From Trichodelitschia bisporula (lineage: Eukaryota): 64,000 nucleotides of DNA. The notes beneath the pieces were generated by a model. The model was not told the DNA's origin, searched no databases, and saw only the letters and a program-made list of their open reading frames with translations. Every line of letters starts with the position of its first letter. Position 1 is the first letter of the stretch. The stretch is taken from contig ML996708.1 in NCBI GenBank assembly GCA_010356995.1, positions 186,001 to 250,000 of the forward strand. Direction: 5' to 3'. Positions 38,295-49,973 of the stretch are shown here, one piece after another. A program made the position numbers and the translations under genes.

Positions 38295-38987
38295 ATGGCC
38301 GAAGCCTCGATTTCCCCGGTTTCTGGTCGCGCAAGCGTTCCACTTACCAGTGTCCGGCACGTTCGCTCTAGGACGGAAGGCAGCTGTCCACCCATATCCC
38401 GTTCAATGTCCGCTATGCTGGCTCAGCACCCTCTGCGGCAAGCTAGTAATCCTACCCCGCGGTCAATCCACCGTCGATCATCTGTTTCTACACCCACATT
38501 TTCTCGTCCTCTTCCGCAGCGGCACGCCCAGGTTTTCGAGCCCCACTCGGTCGTTGTAGAGACCCTGCCTGGCGCAGCAGCTTGGTGGTGTCCGCGGGAC
38601 CATCTCGTCATCTTTGATGGCTTTGAAAATGACGAGTCCGGGAAAAGAGTGTTGAACACGCGGACGTCAAAGGGTCTGAGCATCTCTCGGAAACACTGCA
38701 GGAAAGAAACGGTCAGATTCTATCTTCATTGGCCCGGTTTCCAAGATGCTTTGGGAAAGCACAAGAAGTTCTATGAGACGAGTATGTGCCGGAGGGGAGT
38801 CTGCAAGAATTGTGTGAACAGGTGTATGAAGGCACACATTTCCGCCCCACGAAGGTCAAGGGACGAGGTGCCGACTAGCCTCAACGTCGATTCATGGCGC
38901 AGTCTCTGCAAACCGCCAAATCCTGGAGTATCCAATTCTAGGATGCCAACTCCTGTGGTGCCACATATCAGGATGTCAGTCTGGTAG
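38295..38987 (+). CDS. Hypothetical protein with a Cys-rich C-terminal cluster
   Basis: 230-aa ATG-initiated ORF filling the gap between RPT5 and BPL1; Ser/Arg/Pro-rich N-terminus, then MCRRGVCKNCVNRC. Confidence 0.5.
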   Translation: MAEASISPVSGRASVPLTSVRHVRSRTEGSCPPISRSMSAMLAQHPLRQASNPTPRSIHRRSSVSTPTFSRPLPQRHAQVFEPHSVVVETLPGAAAWWCPRDHLVIFDGFENDESGKRVLNTRTSKGLSISRKHCRKETVRFYLHWPGFQDALGKHKKFYETSMCRRGVCKNCVNRCMKAHISAPRRSRDEVPTSLNVDSWRSLCKPPNPGVSNSRMPTPVVPHIRMSVW

Positions 38988-39082
38988 ACGAGCCACGAAA
39001 TTTTTCTGTGGGCATGGGGATGAATTGCAAGAATAGGGGCTCGTCTACCTCTTTAGCATATCTCTTCCAGCTCGCCTCGGAC

Positions 39083-41338
39083 CTACACTTTCCGCTTGAG
39101 GAGCCCCTTGAAGAAATCAAAGCTGTTGCTGTCGCTCTGCAGTTGCCACATTTTCCTTGTTGGACGGTCTTCCCATCCGAGTTCTTCGACAAGAAGCAAA
39201 CCCCAGTCGCGGGTTATGCCTTTGATTCGAGCCCGCACGCCGCCTTCTGCCTCGAGTGTCACAATTTGGTCACTGTACAGATTATTGTTAGACTTTGCGT
39301 TAATCGAAGAAGCATAAAAGAACTTCCTCGCCACTAGTGACCAAACTAGGAGACCGTACCTGTGTAGCCAATTGCTGTAGTAGTCTTCCTCGAGCATGCG
39401 ACTCCAGCCATCCATGCAAAACTCGGCGTAGATAGAATCAAAACTGGAAAGAATGCTAGCCAGCAGCCTTTCCCCATGAAATGGCTCGAGTTTCTTAGCC
39501 GCCGCAAGAGCATTCAGACTCGTTGACGGCGCTGCGTTTGCGACATTCAACCCAATCCCAACGATGAGAGTATAGTCACTGCCGGCATATGACGAGTTGA
39601 CCAAGATTCCGCCAATCTTGACATAGTTCTTCCCGGCTCCCGCGGGGTCCAGGGCGTAGATATCGTTTGGCCACTTGAGCTTCACTGGTAAGCCGGCGTA
39701 AGCGGGAGCGTAGCCCTGAATGCCGTGGATAATAGCGAGTGCCGCAAGGTACTGCACGAAGACTACGGGGGCGGATTGATTGAGGCCCATCGGGTGCCGC
39801 AACACCGTGCTAAACATAAGCGCGCCCGGCGGAGATATCCAGACGTTGGACCCGCGACCGCGACCAGCGATTTGGGTGGTTGCGTTCATGGTAAAACCAT
39901 GGGGAACGTGCTTTGTGAAGGACGGGTTCCTGCTACTTGTAAGTGGGTGCCCCATAGGGCGAGCAGGAGAATCACTTCTCGAGTAAGGTGTTGGTGCTCG
40001 CGACGACTTCGCCATAGAGTAGAACACGTCCAAATGAGGCATCGGCCAAGACTCCGTTATACCGTTGTAGATGTGCATAGAAGGAGCCGTGATTGAAATA
40101 CGGTGTGTCCTTGCTGGCCGGAGGTGTGTCAGCATACACTAGCACCCGCTTCAAAACCTTGCTGGAATCAACATTTGCGTCAACGAGGTTAGTTCCAGCT
40201 TCTGTCTCATCCGATGAGCTGGCCGGTACAGGAGGCAGAGCTTCGTTCATATCCCCCATTGACCATGATGATAAAGGCTCAATACGGAATGTATCAGCTT
40301 CCGCAACTATCAGTTGTTCGTCGCCTTTGGCACTGATTACTTCTTTCCACAAAGTTAAGAGCTTCGATATGTCGGGGCTCGAACACGAAGAAAGGTACAT
40401 GGGAGAAAGCGACGGTGCTGACTCTCCCGTTGCGCTAACTTCAAGGCCCAATTTGATGAGGCAAGCCTTGAAAAACGAGATGCGGAGTTCCTCGTCAGCC
40501 TTCAAGGTTTCCACAACTTTGGCGTAGCTGGAATCCCTGTTGGAACGGTCCAGATTAATCGCCGCGAACCTGTAATGCTTAGCCGATATCCCTTCGAGAG
40601 AGTTTACATACTCTGGATGAGGAGATGCCAATATGGCCCCACCCTCACCAACTTTGCAGTACACAACGGCGGCCGCTCCTTCGCCCGGGTCTACAAGCAG
40701 CTTGTCGACGTAGCTAGCCAGTAATTCAACGCCACGATCAGCGAACTTAGGAGCGTCAACAAAGACGCCTCCTCCATTTACATAGGCATGGAAGGTTGTG
40801 GGAACAGGGTAATCCGCTTTGGCGAGTGCATCCTTGTTGACATCAAGACGGACAGCATGCGCTCCCTCCTCGCTCCCATAGACGAATCCCGGAAACGCAA
40901 GGCCACGACAAGTTCCGGGAAAAAAGGAGAGCTCCCGGTCTCCAACTACTTCCATTCGCTTGTCGCCGACCATGAACTCACACCTCTTGCTGGCGTAGTA
41001 GCCGCCGGCACAGAGTCCAAGGTACGCACCGCCACGGTTGACATACTGTCGGATCTTGCGATTGCCTTCTCCGTTCAGCGTTCGACAGTAGCCTAGGTCG
41101 GCTCCACCGGGGAACACAAGTAGGGCACAGGTAGCAGGCCATGGCTCTTTAAGAAGTACTTCGCCATTTATCGACATAACCGCATAGTTAGGCGAGAGAA
41201 GCCTCCGTAGGGAATAGAGGCAATGCCTTACGGATTCCACTGTGCTGCCATTGCCTATCCGCATCAACAAAGCATCTCTTGGAGAAAAATATAGCTCTTG
41301 CCTGAGTACACGAGGACGTTGATGCGTTTGTTAGCCAT
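39083..41338 (-). CDS. BPL1: Biotin-protein ligase (holocarboxylase synthetase)
   Basis: Five exons (introns 41255-41301 GC-AG, 40570-40611, 39930-39975, 39273-39359). N-terminal BPL_N domain (NVLVYSG, FPGGADL, YLGLCAGGYY) and catalytic QIAGRGRGSNVWISP, KLKWPNDIY, KIGGILV. Confidence 0.95.
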
Positions 41339-41485
41339 CAAGTCAGCGTTGGATGTCGGTTGATGGGGAACGGCAGTGGCGAATTTGAAGCGAAGATGCA
41401 CCCGCTCGCCAAGATCGATGCCGGTTAGACATCACCTTGCACTTCACTACGCCTGATCCCCAAAGTGAAAGTCAGATCAACTGCA

Positions 41486-41871
41486 ATGGTCGAATCAAAA
41501 GAACCAGCAAACAAGATAGTTGTGGATGCTGATGAACCCGATGAATGGTGGGCCACATCCCCACTGTATTGATACTGACGTTAACTCGGCATGCGCCATA
41601 GGGAGCAGCGCATATTTAGCACAGGATGCTCAGGTACTCCTATCAGACTATTGTGTACATGAAGCCGTTCTAACTACCAAAGCTGAAAACTTGAACATGA
41701 CGGACTGCTACTACGAGAAGAAGGACTGGAGAGCTTGCAAGAAGGAGGTTAGTCTTGAATATTGTCAACTCACTTCGGCATGCTAAAGAAGACGGGTCAT
41801 AGATGAAAATTTTCCGCGAATGCTGGAAGCAGCATGGGAACTTGCAGAGAACTGGGACTAAAGAGGCCTGA
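41486..41871 (+). CDS. COA4: Twin-CX9C cytochrome c oxidase assembly factor Coa4 (Cmc3)
   Basis: Four exons (introns 41548-41601, 41634-41682, 41748-41802): ...DEPDEWEQRIFSTGCSAENLNMTDCYYEKKDWRACKKEMKIFRECWKQHGN..., two CX9C motifs. Confidence 0.88.
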
Positions 41872-41995
41872 ATCGCCTTGCAATTACAAACAAACCGCAT
41901 AGGGTATCACATAATGTCATGTATACCAGTCAGCCTCTGTTACGCCAACCATGCCTGCCCTGGGTTATCCCTCCCCCCCCAATGCTACGCTTGAA

Positions 41996-44900
41996 TCAAC
42001 GGTACTCCTCCCTTAACGTCCACACCGCCCTACCACGCCCTACTCGACTAGGGTTGCTCATAACTGCTAGTTCCCGAAGAATCGCTTGAAACTCTGCTGT
42101 CCGCTCCGCATCGGTGCAGTGCCGATTGAACTGATCGATAATCATCTTCGTGTAACAACGGTTATTATGGGCATGGAAGAAGTCTAGAATCATCGGGACG
42201 AAGTCACGACCCTTGGGTTCCTGACCGTATGGCACAACCTGCCGCCGACGATCAGGAAGCCGGGGGCGCACGAGTTCAGCAGGTTGGCCAGTGGTACCGA
42301 ATGTCCCAGTCCAGGTCGCCTGGCCGGCCGGCACCGTCCTCGCGATTTTCTCGGCATCACGTAGCTCTTTGGCGGCTTCTTCCGCAATCCGGCGAGCCTC
42401 CCGAGCAATAATTGCGGGGTCAGCCGTAATCTTCTTCTTGCCGGTGCGTGTGGAAGCGACTATCGCGTCGTGTTCGTGGGCCGACTGGACGCCTGAGCGC
42501 GAGAAGATGGCCGACAGGACGCGGTCCGAAGATTCTTTGCTTGACGACCCGTTCTCTGCGGTTTCTATGGCAGCATTATCATGGAACTCCTCCTCCCGAG
42601 AGATTCCAGAAATCGAGCCAGCTGAGGGAGCTTTTTGCTTCCCAGAGTTGGAGCCATCCTCCTTGTCCTGGAACTTGACTTCTGTGTTCTTGAAGATAGA
42701 ACCGGTCTCTGTGGCGCCGCCAGCCTCAGGGGCAAGGGTGAAGAGGTCGTGCAGGTCCTTCAACTGGAAGGACTGCCGCTGCTTCGGGTCACGGAGAATT
42801 TTGTTCGTCAAGACTTGTTTGAAAATTTGACGGTGGTAGATCTTCTCCTCGATAGTCCCAGCCGTCATCAAGCGGTAGATCTCGACGGGCTTTTTCTGTC
42901 CGAGGCGCCAGGCGCGCTCACGAGCCTGCATGTCAGTCGAAGGGTTCCAGTCAGGATCGTAGATGATGACACGATCTGCCCCCGTCAAGTTGACGCCGAG
43001 ACCGCCGACCTTAGTGGTCAAGAGGAAAACATGGATGTCCGGGTCGTTGTTAAATTCATCCACCATAGTTTGGCGGTCTGCGATCGCTGTCTGGCCGTCC
43101 ATACGCTTATAACGGAACCCGCCAAGCTCGTTCAAGAACTTCTGGAGAATGTCCAGCATGATGCGGGTTTGGCAGAAGATGAGCGCCTTATTGCCATTCA
43201 CCTTCCAGACATCCAACAGACCCTTGACGACTTGCATCTTCCCCGATTTAGCGCCAGCGCCGTATCCCATTTCCTGAGACATGAGTTTGTGGTCGACGAG
43301 GTCGGGGTGGTTGCACAGCTTCCGAAGCACGTCAATCCCATAAAGCGCCTGCCGCGTCCCAGCTATGATTGACTTCATCTCCTTGGAATCGAGGAAGGCG
43401 GCATATAACTCTCGCTGGGTGGCCGTGAGCTTACAGAAGAGAACGCGTTCCGTCTTCTTCGGCAAATCCGCAGCAACATCCACCTTGTAGCGCTGCAAGA
43501 GATAAGGGGTTATAGCTTGCTTCAGAGTCTCCGCGCACTGCGTTGCTGCTTCAATTTGAAGGCTGGACGCATTCGCATAGCCACCAAACTTGATGGGAGT
43601 CTCGAACCGGCGACGGAAGCTGACGAGGCTACCTAAGCGCATCGGGTAGACGAAATCAAAGAGCGACCACAACTCCGTGAGATTGTTCTGAATGGGAGTT
43701 CCGGAGAGGATGATTCGATGGGCAGTTCTGAGTTCCTTGCAATAGAGGGTAATGGCGGCGTCCGGGTTCCGAATCTTGTGTCCTTCATCAAGCACTGCAC
43801 ATCCCCACTCAGTTTCGACCAGAAGATCCGCATAGACCTTAAGCCCGGAGTATGTCGTGATGAGAACATGGCCGTGCTGGACGACCTTCTCCACGACCTT
43901 GCGAGCCGGTCCAAGACTTCGCTTCTTCTGAGGCTGCACCGAGCCAAATCTCTCGTAATCGAGGTCTTCCTCAATCTCAGCCTCATGGCGAATATCGACC
44001 ATGCCGCTTCCAGAACTGTGGAGGATGGAGACACGCATTGGCGGCCACCAACGGTGAAACTCGTTGACCCACTGTTGCATGACAGTGGCAGGACAGATAA
44101 TGATGACGGGATTTTTGAGCTTTTTCGAGTAGTGAAGCCCGGCAAGGAAGGCGATGACCTGGATGGTTTTGCCCAGGCCCATCTCATCCCCAACTATTCC
44201 ACCAACGCGCTGGGTGTAAAGCTCCCACAACCAGCGAACACCCGTCTTTTGATAGTCGAAAAGTGAGGGATAAATGTCTCCGGGAATGCGAAAGTCGCCT
44301 GTAAATTCAGCGTCGGGACGGGTCGGATGCTGCTTATACATCTCGTCTTCAGAGACATCAGGAGTGTCAGCGGTTTGGTCACCAGCCTTCAGCCGCGCGG
44401 CAGAGCGCTTCCTACACCAGCTTTGGAGACGGCTTTGATACACATCCTCGCGGCCGTCATCGAGCCCTTCGAAGAGCTCTGCTGGATCTTTCGACGTGGC
44501 CCTGTTATTTCCCGTCGTACGTTTCCGTTTCCGTTTCTTTGACGCATGAGAGGTTGGCGGCATGAAGTCGTCATCACTCTCCACGGCCTCTTCGGGTAAG
44601 AAACCTGCCTCGCCATCCGGTTTCTGGGCTCTTGAAGACTGCTCCGAGAGCCTCCGCTTCTTCGAAGAAAGGACGAAATCGTCGTCTGAACCAGTCTCGC
44701 TCACCTTCTCGTCGTTGAAACCTGGCTTCGACAGATGCTTGTGCGATTGCGGCGCACTAGTGTCTAAAGAGAGGTCCACGTCCTCTGTTTCATCCTCCTC
44801 CTTTCCTTCTTCGGCGTTGAGCATGGCGCCAGCCAGAGTGGGAGCTCCTCCTAAGCCCACCTTTGAGAACGGGGTGATCTTGCCCGTGCGTATGAGGTAC

Positions 44901-45298
44901 TCGCGCGTGGTCTCAGTCGGGAGCTTTCCATGCGACGCTTCAGCCGGTTCTCTCCCCGCCTCTTCGTCGGGAGCCTCATTGGCAAGATCGTCCATACGTT
45001 TTAGGATCATGGTGATTTCATCTTCGATAGTGCGTTTCTGTACCTCGAGGCGGGCTTTGTTGCGCTCGTGGGTCAAGATGGCGACGCTGTTGCGTGATTG
45101 TGCGATCCGATCGCTGAGGTCGAGAAGCTGCGCGGCAAGGCGGTCGCGGTTCTGCTCAGCCTTCTCGAGCCGCTTTGCTTCGCGCGCGACCGCCTGCTCG
45201 TTGAGGATTATATCGGCCTGGCGACCAACATCGCGCTCCAGGTCCTCCTGGTTGCGCGAGTCCGCCAAGAACTCCATGGCCTGGAGGCCGGGATCCAT
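41996..45298 (-). CDS. RAD26: SNF2-family transcription-coupled repair ATPase Rad26/Rhp26 (CSB/ERCC6)
   Basis: 1100-aa ORF with ETTREYLIRTGKITPF, LFDYQKTGVRWLWELY, GDEMGLGKT, LDEGHKIRNP, YDPDWNPSTDMQARERAWRLGQ. Confidence 0.95.
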   Translation of the reverse strand: MDPGLQAMEFLADSRNQEDLERDVGRQADIILNEQAVAREAKRLEKAEQNRDRLAAQLLDLSDRIAQSRNSVAILTHERNKARLEVQKRTIEDEITMILKRMDDLANEAPDEEAGREPAEASHGKLPTETTREYLIRTGKITPFSKVGLGGAPTLAGAMLNAEEGKEEDETEDVDLSLDTSAPQSHKHLSKPGFNDEKVSETGSDDDFVLSSKKRRLSEQSSRAQKPDGEAGFLPEEAVESDDDFMPPTSHASKKRKRKRTTGNNRATSKDPAELFEGLDDGREDVYQSRLQSWCRKRSAARLKAGDQTADTPDVSEDEMYKQHPTRPDAEFTGDFRIPGDIYPSLFDYQKTGVRWLWELYTQRVGGIVGDEMGLGKTIQVIAFLAGLHYSKKLKNPVIIICPATVMQQWVNEFHRWWPPMRVSILHSSGSGMVDIRHEAEIEEDLDYERFGSVQPQKKRSLGPARKVVEKVVQHGHVLITTYSGLKVYADLLVETEWGCAVLDEGHKIRNPDAAITLYCKELRTAHRIILSGTPIQNNLTELWSLFDFVYPMRLGSLVSFRRRFETPIKFGGYANASSLQIEAATQCAETLKQAITPYLLQRYKVDVAADLPKKTERVLFCKLTATQRELYAAFLDSKEMKSIIAGTRQALYGIDVLRKLCNHPDLVDHKLMSQEMGYGAGAKSGKMQVVKGLLDVWKVNGNKALIFCQTRIMLDILQKFLNELGGFRYKRMDGQTAIADRQTMVDEFNNDPDIHVFLLTTKVGGLGVNLTGADRVIIYDPDWNPSTDMQARERAWRLGQKKPVEIYRLMTAGTIEEKIYHRQIFKQVLTNKILRDPKQRQSFQLKDLHDLFTLAPEAGGATETGSIFKNTEVKFQDKEDGSNSGKQKAPSAGSISGISREEEFHDNAAIETAENGSSSKESSDRVLSAIFSRSGVQSAHEHDAIVASTRTGKKKITADPAIIAREARRIAEEAAKELRDAEKIARTVPAGQATWTGTFGTTGQPAELVRPRLPDRRRQVVPYGQEPKGRDFVPMILDFFHAHNNRCYTKMIIDQFNRHCTDAERTAEFQAILRELAVMSNPSRVGRGRAVWTLREEYR

Positions 45299-46154
45299 TG
45301 CGACACCCTACGGCCGGGGCCAGTGTAAGTGAAGTGCGGAGGAAACGCGGTGACGGTGGTGGCGATGCAGGAGGCTTGAAGCGTTTAGAGGCGAGTTGAG
45401 AGGGAGGAGTTGCAACACTCACTTTGTAATGGCAGTAAGTAGCCAGACGGATTGTTGGGTATGGGGGAAGATGTTGTAGAGTGCGACGTGCTGGTGATGG
45501 ATGTGAATATGTTTTGGAGTTCACGGGTGACGCAACGCGAAGCCTGGTGCCTGACAAGTGTGGCGTACATGTGGCGTTCCTGTGATGGTACGGTACACTG
45601 CCGGGTAAAGATGCTGGGCACAGTACCATAAATACTGCGGTAGTGCATTCACATGCACCAGAGGTGACGGTTCAAAAATTCAATGCCGCTGCGCTCAGCA
45701 AACACTTGCCCATCGTGTAGGCAATAAATTCTTGAAAATCCCACTAGCCTTTGGCCAGAACTTGTGAGTGTGGGGTAGCGGGGACACACCTGACTCGTGA
45801 GCTGCCACTCCACCTTCACGACAACCTCGTCTTTCCACTTAGTTCGCCCTGTCTTCTTTCCGTTCAATTGAAGCTATCCGAACTATCCAAAGCTTGTCAC
45901 CGGAATAATATGCTACGCTGGCTTGTGCTTGGAGTATCTTTTAAGAAGGATAAATGTGTTTGATGATGCTCCCAGTCTTCTATTTTGCTCTCCTATCTAT
46001 CTGAAGCAGCATGCCGGAATATCTCAGCTAGCTTCCATAGGTGCAGCTAAAGCTAAATACTATAAGTCCCAGCTTGTTTTTCGTACTGCAATTCTGACCG
46101 AAGTTCAATACTCACGTCCTAGGTTGCAGCTTCAGCGACCTGCCGCTCTTTACC

Positions 46155-47347
46155 ATGTTTCTTCGCGATGCATTCCTCTGGTGCTGGGTTGCTGGAGCAG
46201 CCTCTGCCGCGGCAGTAACGTCTTTGGCCTCACCAGTTACGATATTCTCGCCTCCATCTTCATACAAGATCCCGCGGGTGCTGTACGCCCGCAGTCTGCT
46301 CCTGAAAGAGCCAACCAACGACAACAGAGTAATCTTGGCTACCTGGGAAAACTATTCGCAAGAGCCGCCATGGTTTCCAATCTATCAGTCAACGGATCTG
46401 GGCAGGACGTGGAAGGAGATTTCAAAAGTCCATGATCAGGTAAAAGGGTGGGGTTTGCGCTATCAGCCCTTCCTCTATGAGCTTGAGGAGCCCATCGGAG
46501 ACTTTGAGGCGGGCACCCTCCTTATCTCTGGAAGCGCTATTCCAGCAGACTTGTCCCAAACCTGGATTGAGCTTTACGCAAGCAAGGACAGAGGGTACGT
46601 TTAAGCCAATCCGTCCGTGCATGAGAACTTCCATCATTCTCGGACACTCCAACTACGAAGCTGACAGCCCACAGCCGTACCTGGAAGTTCGTGTCACACA
46701 TTGTCCATGGAGGCCGCGCAATCCCCAACAATGGCGAGACCCCCGTCTGGGAGCCATTCCTGCTGGTACATGACAAGAAGATGGTCGTTTACTATTCCGA
46801 CCAGCGGGACCCGAAGAAACATGGACAGAAGCTCGTACACCAGTCTTCCAAGGACCTGATAAACTGGGAAACCCTTGTGCAGGATGCAGCGGACCCTGAT
46901 AAGGAAGGGCGGCCCGGTATGCCCACAATTGCGGAATTGCCCAACGGGCAGTTCATCATGACGTATGAGAACTGCGGGCCTCTGCACTGTAGAGTGTTCT
47001 ATCGCCTAGCGAACGATCCAACCCGCTTCGATCGCGCCAAGGAAATCACGCTCAAAGCCACGGACGGGACGATTCCAAACGGCTCTCCATATGTTGTATG
47101 GACTCGGGCCGGTGGTCCGCAAGGAACCATTGTGGTGAGCAGCGGGGACCGATCCGAAGTCTTCATCAACCGCAATCTGGGTGCACCTGGTTCCGCCTGG
47201 ATTAAGACCGCAACTCCAGCGTCTAAATCTTACACGCGCAGCTTGATGGTCATGCCGAATGAAAATGATATCTTGATTGTCGGTGGGGGGGTGCTCAACG
47301 GGACTAGGAATTCGGTTACGGCGGTGGCGATTGATGTATCACGGTAA
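46155..47347 (+). CDS. Secreted GH93 exo-arabinanase-like BNR/Asp-box protein
   Basis: Two exons (intron 46595-46674). Signal peptide, Asp-boxes STDLGRTW and SKDRG|RTW, LATWENY, PVWEPFL, YYSDQRDP, RPGMPT, MTYE. Confidence 0.85.
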
Positions 47348-47601
47348 TTGGGTGCCAAATTGACAAAGCAGTGTTATGCATGTTGCGGTTCCGCTGTATC
47401 TTGGACCTCCTAATTTGCTTGGGTAGAACCTGGAGGATGCGGCCAATACCCGAAGAGGAAAAAGCATCAGTTTGCCTGATCTATGTTGCCCCGTACATAT
47501 TCACATAGTAAGGCGAGCTAGGGATGATATTTTGGGCCAATTTTTTTGGGCCAATTTTGCCATTGAGCAACCTATAGGTGGCCCGACTAGTTCATCCAAG
47601 A

Positions 47602-49321
47602 TCACTCGGGGTACTTGAAGCCACCGGCTCGCTTCGCAAAGAGGCCCTCAGGATCCAGCTGCTTTTGCAACTTCCTGAACGTCGCAACATCCCGATACGA
47701 GCCCATCACATCCTGGTCAGGACCGGCGTCGTTTCCGAACATGGGGTTGTACTCCCCGACCGTGATCCCCTTTGCCTTTGCGCTCGCCTTGACCCCCTGC
47801 AGCTGCTCAGTTAGCACCTGCGTGTACTCCCGCGACATCTCCTGGACAACGTCGTCATCGGCCTTGCGCGAGTAGATTCCCGCAATCTCTATGACGAACC
47901 GTGTGTGGTCCGAGCCTTTGAGGCCCATTGCATTCCCGCCCTTCGTCTCCGTGGCCTTGCCCATAGAGTTTGGGAAGGGCTGGAACGCCAGCGTGCTGCC
48001 GACAAGATACCGCCCCTTGAGGTGCTTGGCCGTGATGTTGGACCAGAGCGCGTCGACCCGGGAGTAGTAGCCGTGGTCATGAGGCAGGTGAGGGAGGGTG
48101 ATGCTCTTCGCGGCGTTAGTGCTTGCTTTCCCAGCACATGGGGCTTACCCGGAATGATGTTCGGCTGGAGAAGAAATTGAACAATCCATCTGTCGCGCCA
48201 ATCTTGAAGGATTAGCGGTGAGAAACTTCTCAATATTCAGTATCGACTTACTACGTCCGCATAGCTCTGCGTCTTGCCCACATCCATCGTCGCCTTAAGG
48301 TTCTCAAACTTCCCAAACGCTCCCTTCGGCGGCGTCGGCCCATCATAAAATTGCATCAGCGACGCCGAACCCAGCCCAGACGTGAAGATGATCGCCGCCT
48401 TGGGGTCCTTGTGGTTGTTCTCCACAAAATCCGCCAGAGCCTCGAAGACAGCCTCGCGGTCCTTGGCGGCGTACGCCTTGGTCCCCGACCACACAGGCCC
48501 GATCGGGTACGCCTGCAACGTGAATTTGGTGCAGATACCTGCGAGGTTAGCGGTACTCTCAGTGACGTGTGAGACAAACCGAACTGGTCGCCCCCGCCGC
48601 GCAGAGCGCGTGCGAGATCAGGGTAGCGCTTCGCGTTGACGGTGATGATGGAGCCGTTGGCGGCGACGAGTTCCCACTCGAGGATGCTCTGAGGCGGTTA
48701 ACGGGTGGATATTTGAGGCGACTGAACATACATCTGCGGCGAGTCCGTGTTGCGCACTCAGGAACGAGTTGCCGCCCTGCATCAGGTAGCCCCCGATGCC
48801 CACGACACCTTGACATGTCAGCGAGGCTGAGCAGCAAGGCTGCACATACCGAGTCGGCCCGAGACCACAGTGACGTTCTTCTTCGCCAGCGGGCCGATGA
48901 CACTCGACCAGTGCCCGCCGGGCTTGACATAGGCCACATTCTTCTGCGCATCATACTCCGTGCCATTGATATGCCTCAGCGCAACAAGCACCCCATCCTT
49001 GACGCTCGATTGCCCAGGATTGGGATCATGACCGCCGCTCTTGATCGCAAACCGCACGCCAGGGCGCACATTCAGGATCTTGACTATCTTGCTTACGTCT
49101 TCGGCCGACGTCGGCAGCGTGATACACGCCGGCCCGAGCTCGGCGAGCCCGATGTTGTAGTAATCCCGGTTCTCCTTAGTATATGCTGCTTCCCCCGGCA
49201 GCCATAGCCGCCCCGGGAGCGCGTTCTTGATGTCTGCGCATGTGGCCTGCGTCTCGGCGGTGGGGAGGGCGGTTGCGGCTGCGGCAAGCAGCGCGAGGGT
49301 CCAGATGCTGGAAGGAGCCAT
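47602..49321 (-). CDS. Secreted FAD-binding oxidoreductase (VAO/BBE-like)
   Basis: Six exons (introns 48809-48849, 48689-48731, 48539-48579, 48203-48251, 48106-48148). Signal peptide, FAIKSGGHD, VVGIGGYLMQGG, LARALRGGGDQFGI, C-terminal LDPEGLF. Confidence 0.88.
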
Positions 49322-49973
49322 GGCGATTCGGCGTGCGGGTTGGGCTCAGGCTGGCGCGGTGCACGCCGACGTCGTTATAAGCTCTGGTCTCGAGGTGAAG
49401 AAATGTCCCCGGATGCATTTTCACTATACGATACTGGTTGCGGTAATTTAGGTGAGGGACGCTGGGGCGATGGGCTAACGGGCACATGGCGTTATTGTAT
49501 ATCAGGGCTGCACTATATCAACACTTCAGCATCTCGTCCACGCGAGCGCTGCGATTCAAAGTTCGAGATCGTGGGCTCGGACAACGGAGATAGTCAACCA
49601 AGTGCCGCTACAGGTAATACGGGACATGGAACTGCGGACCCTAGACGGCATCAATGATGCTTTAAGGTTCAGAAGCTACAACCGACACATTCGCGCTGGC
49701 ACGTGGCCCATGTTCCGGGGAACGGCATGATCCCAATGCAAATTTCAAACCCTTTGGAAGTAATGACATGGCTTCTCCGCAGGACGCTTTCAGCTCAGTT
49801 GCATTTGAGTCGAAATGAGACGGACATGGATACGGCGGGCCGTGGAAACGGAAATGGTGAGGGCCGTTCTCAGCGTGTGCGAGGCTATCACCATGCCGGA
49901 CCATTGAAACAAGTTAAAGTCAATCATTCAAACCGTCTATTCATCCAATCGTGTACACGTCCCCCATTTACAG

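Noticed and set aside
47530..47557. TTTTGGGCCAATT tandem duplication between convergent genes
   Set aside because: Two short copies in a 3' intergenic region, consistent with ordinary slippage.
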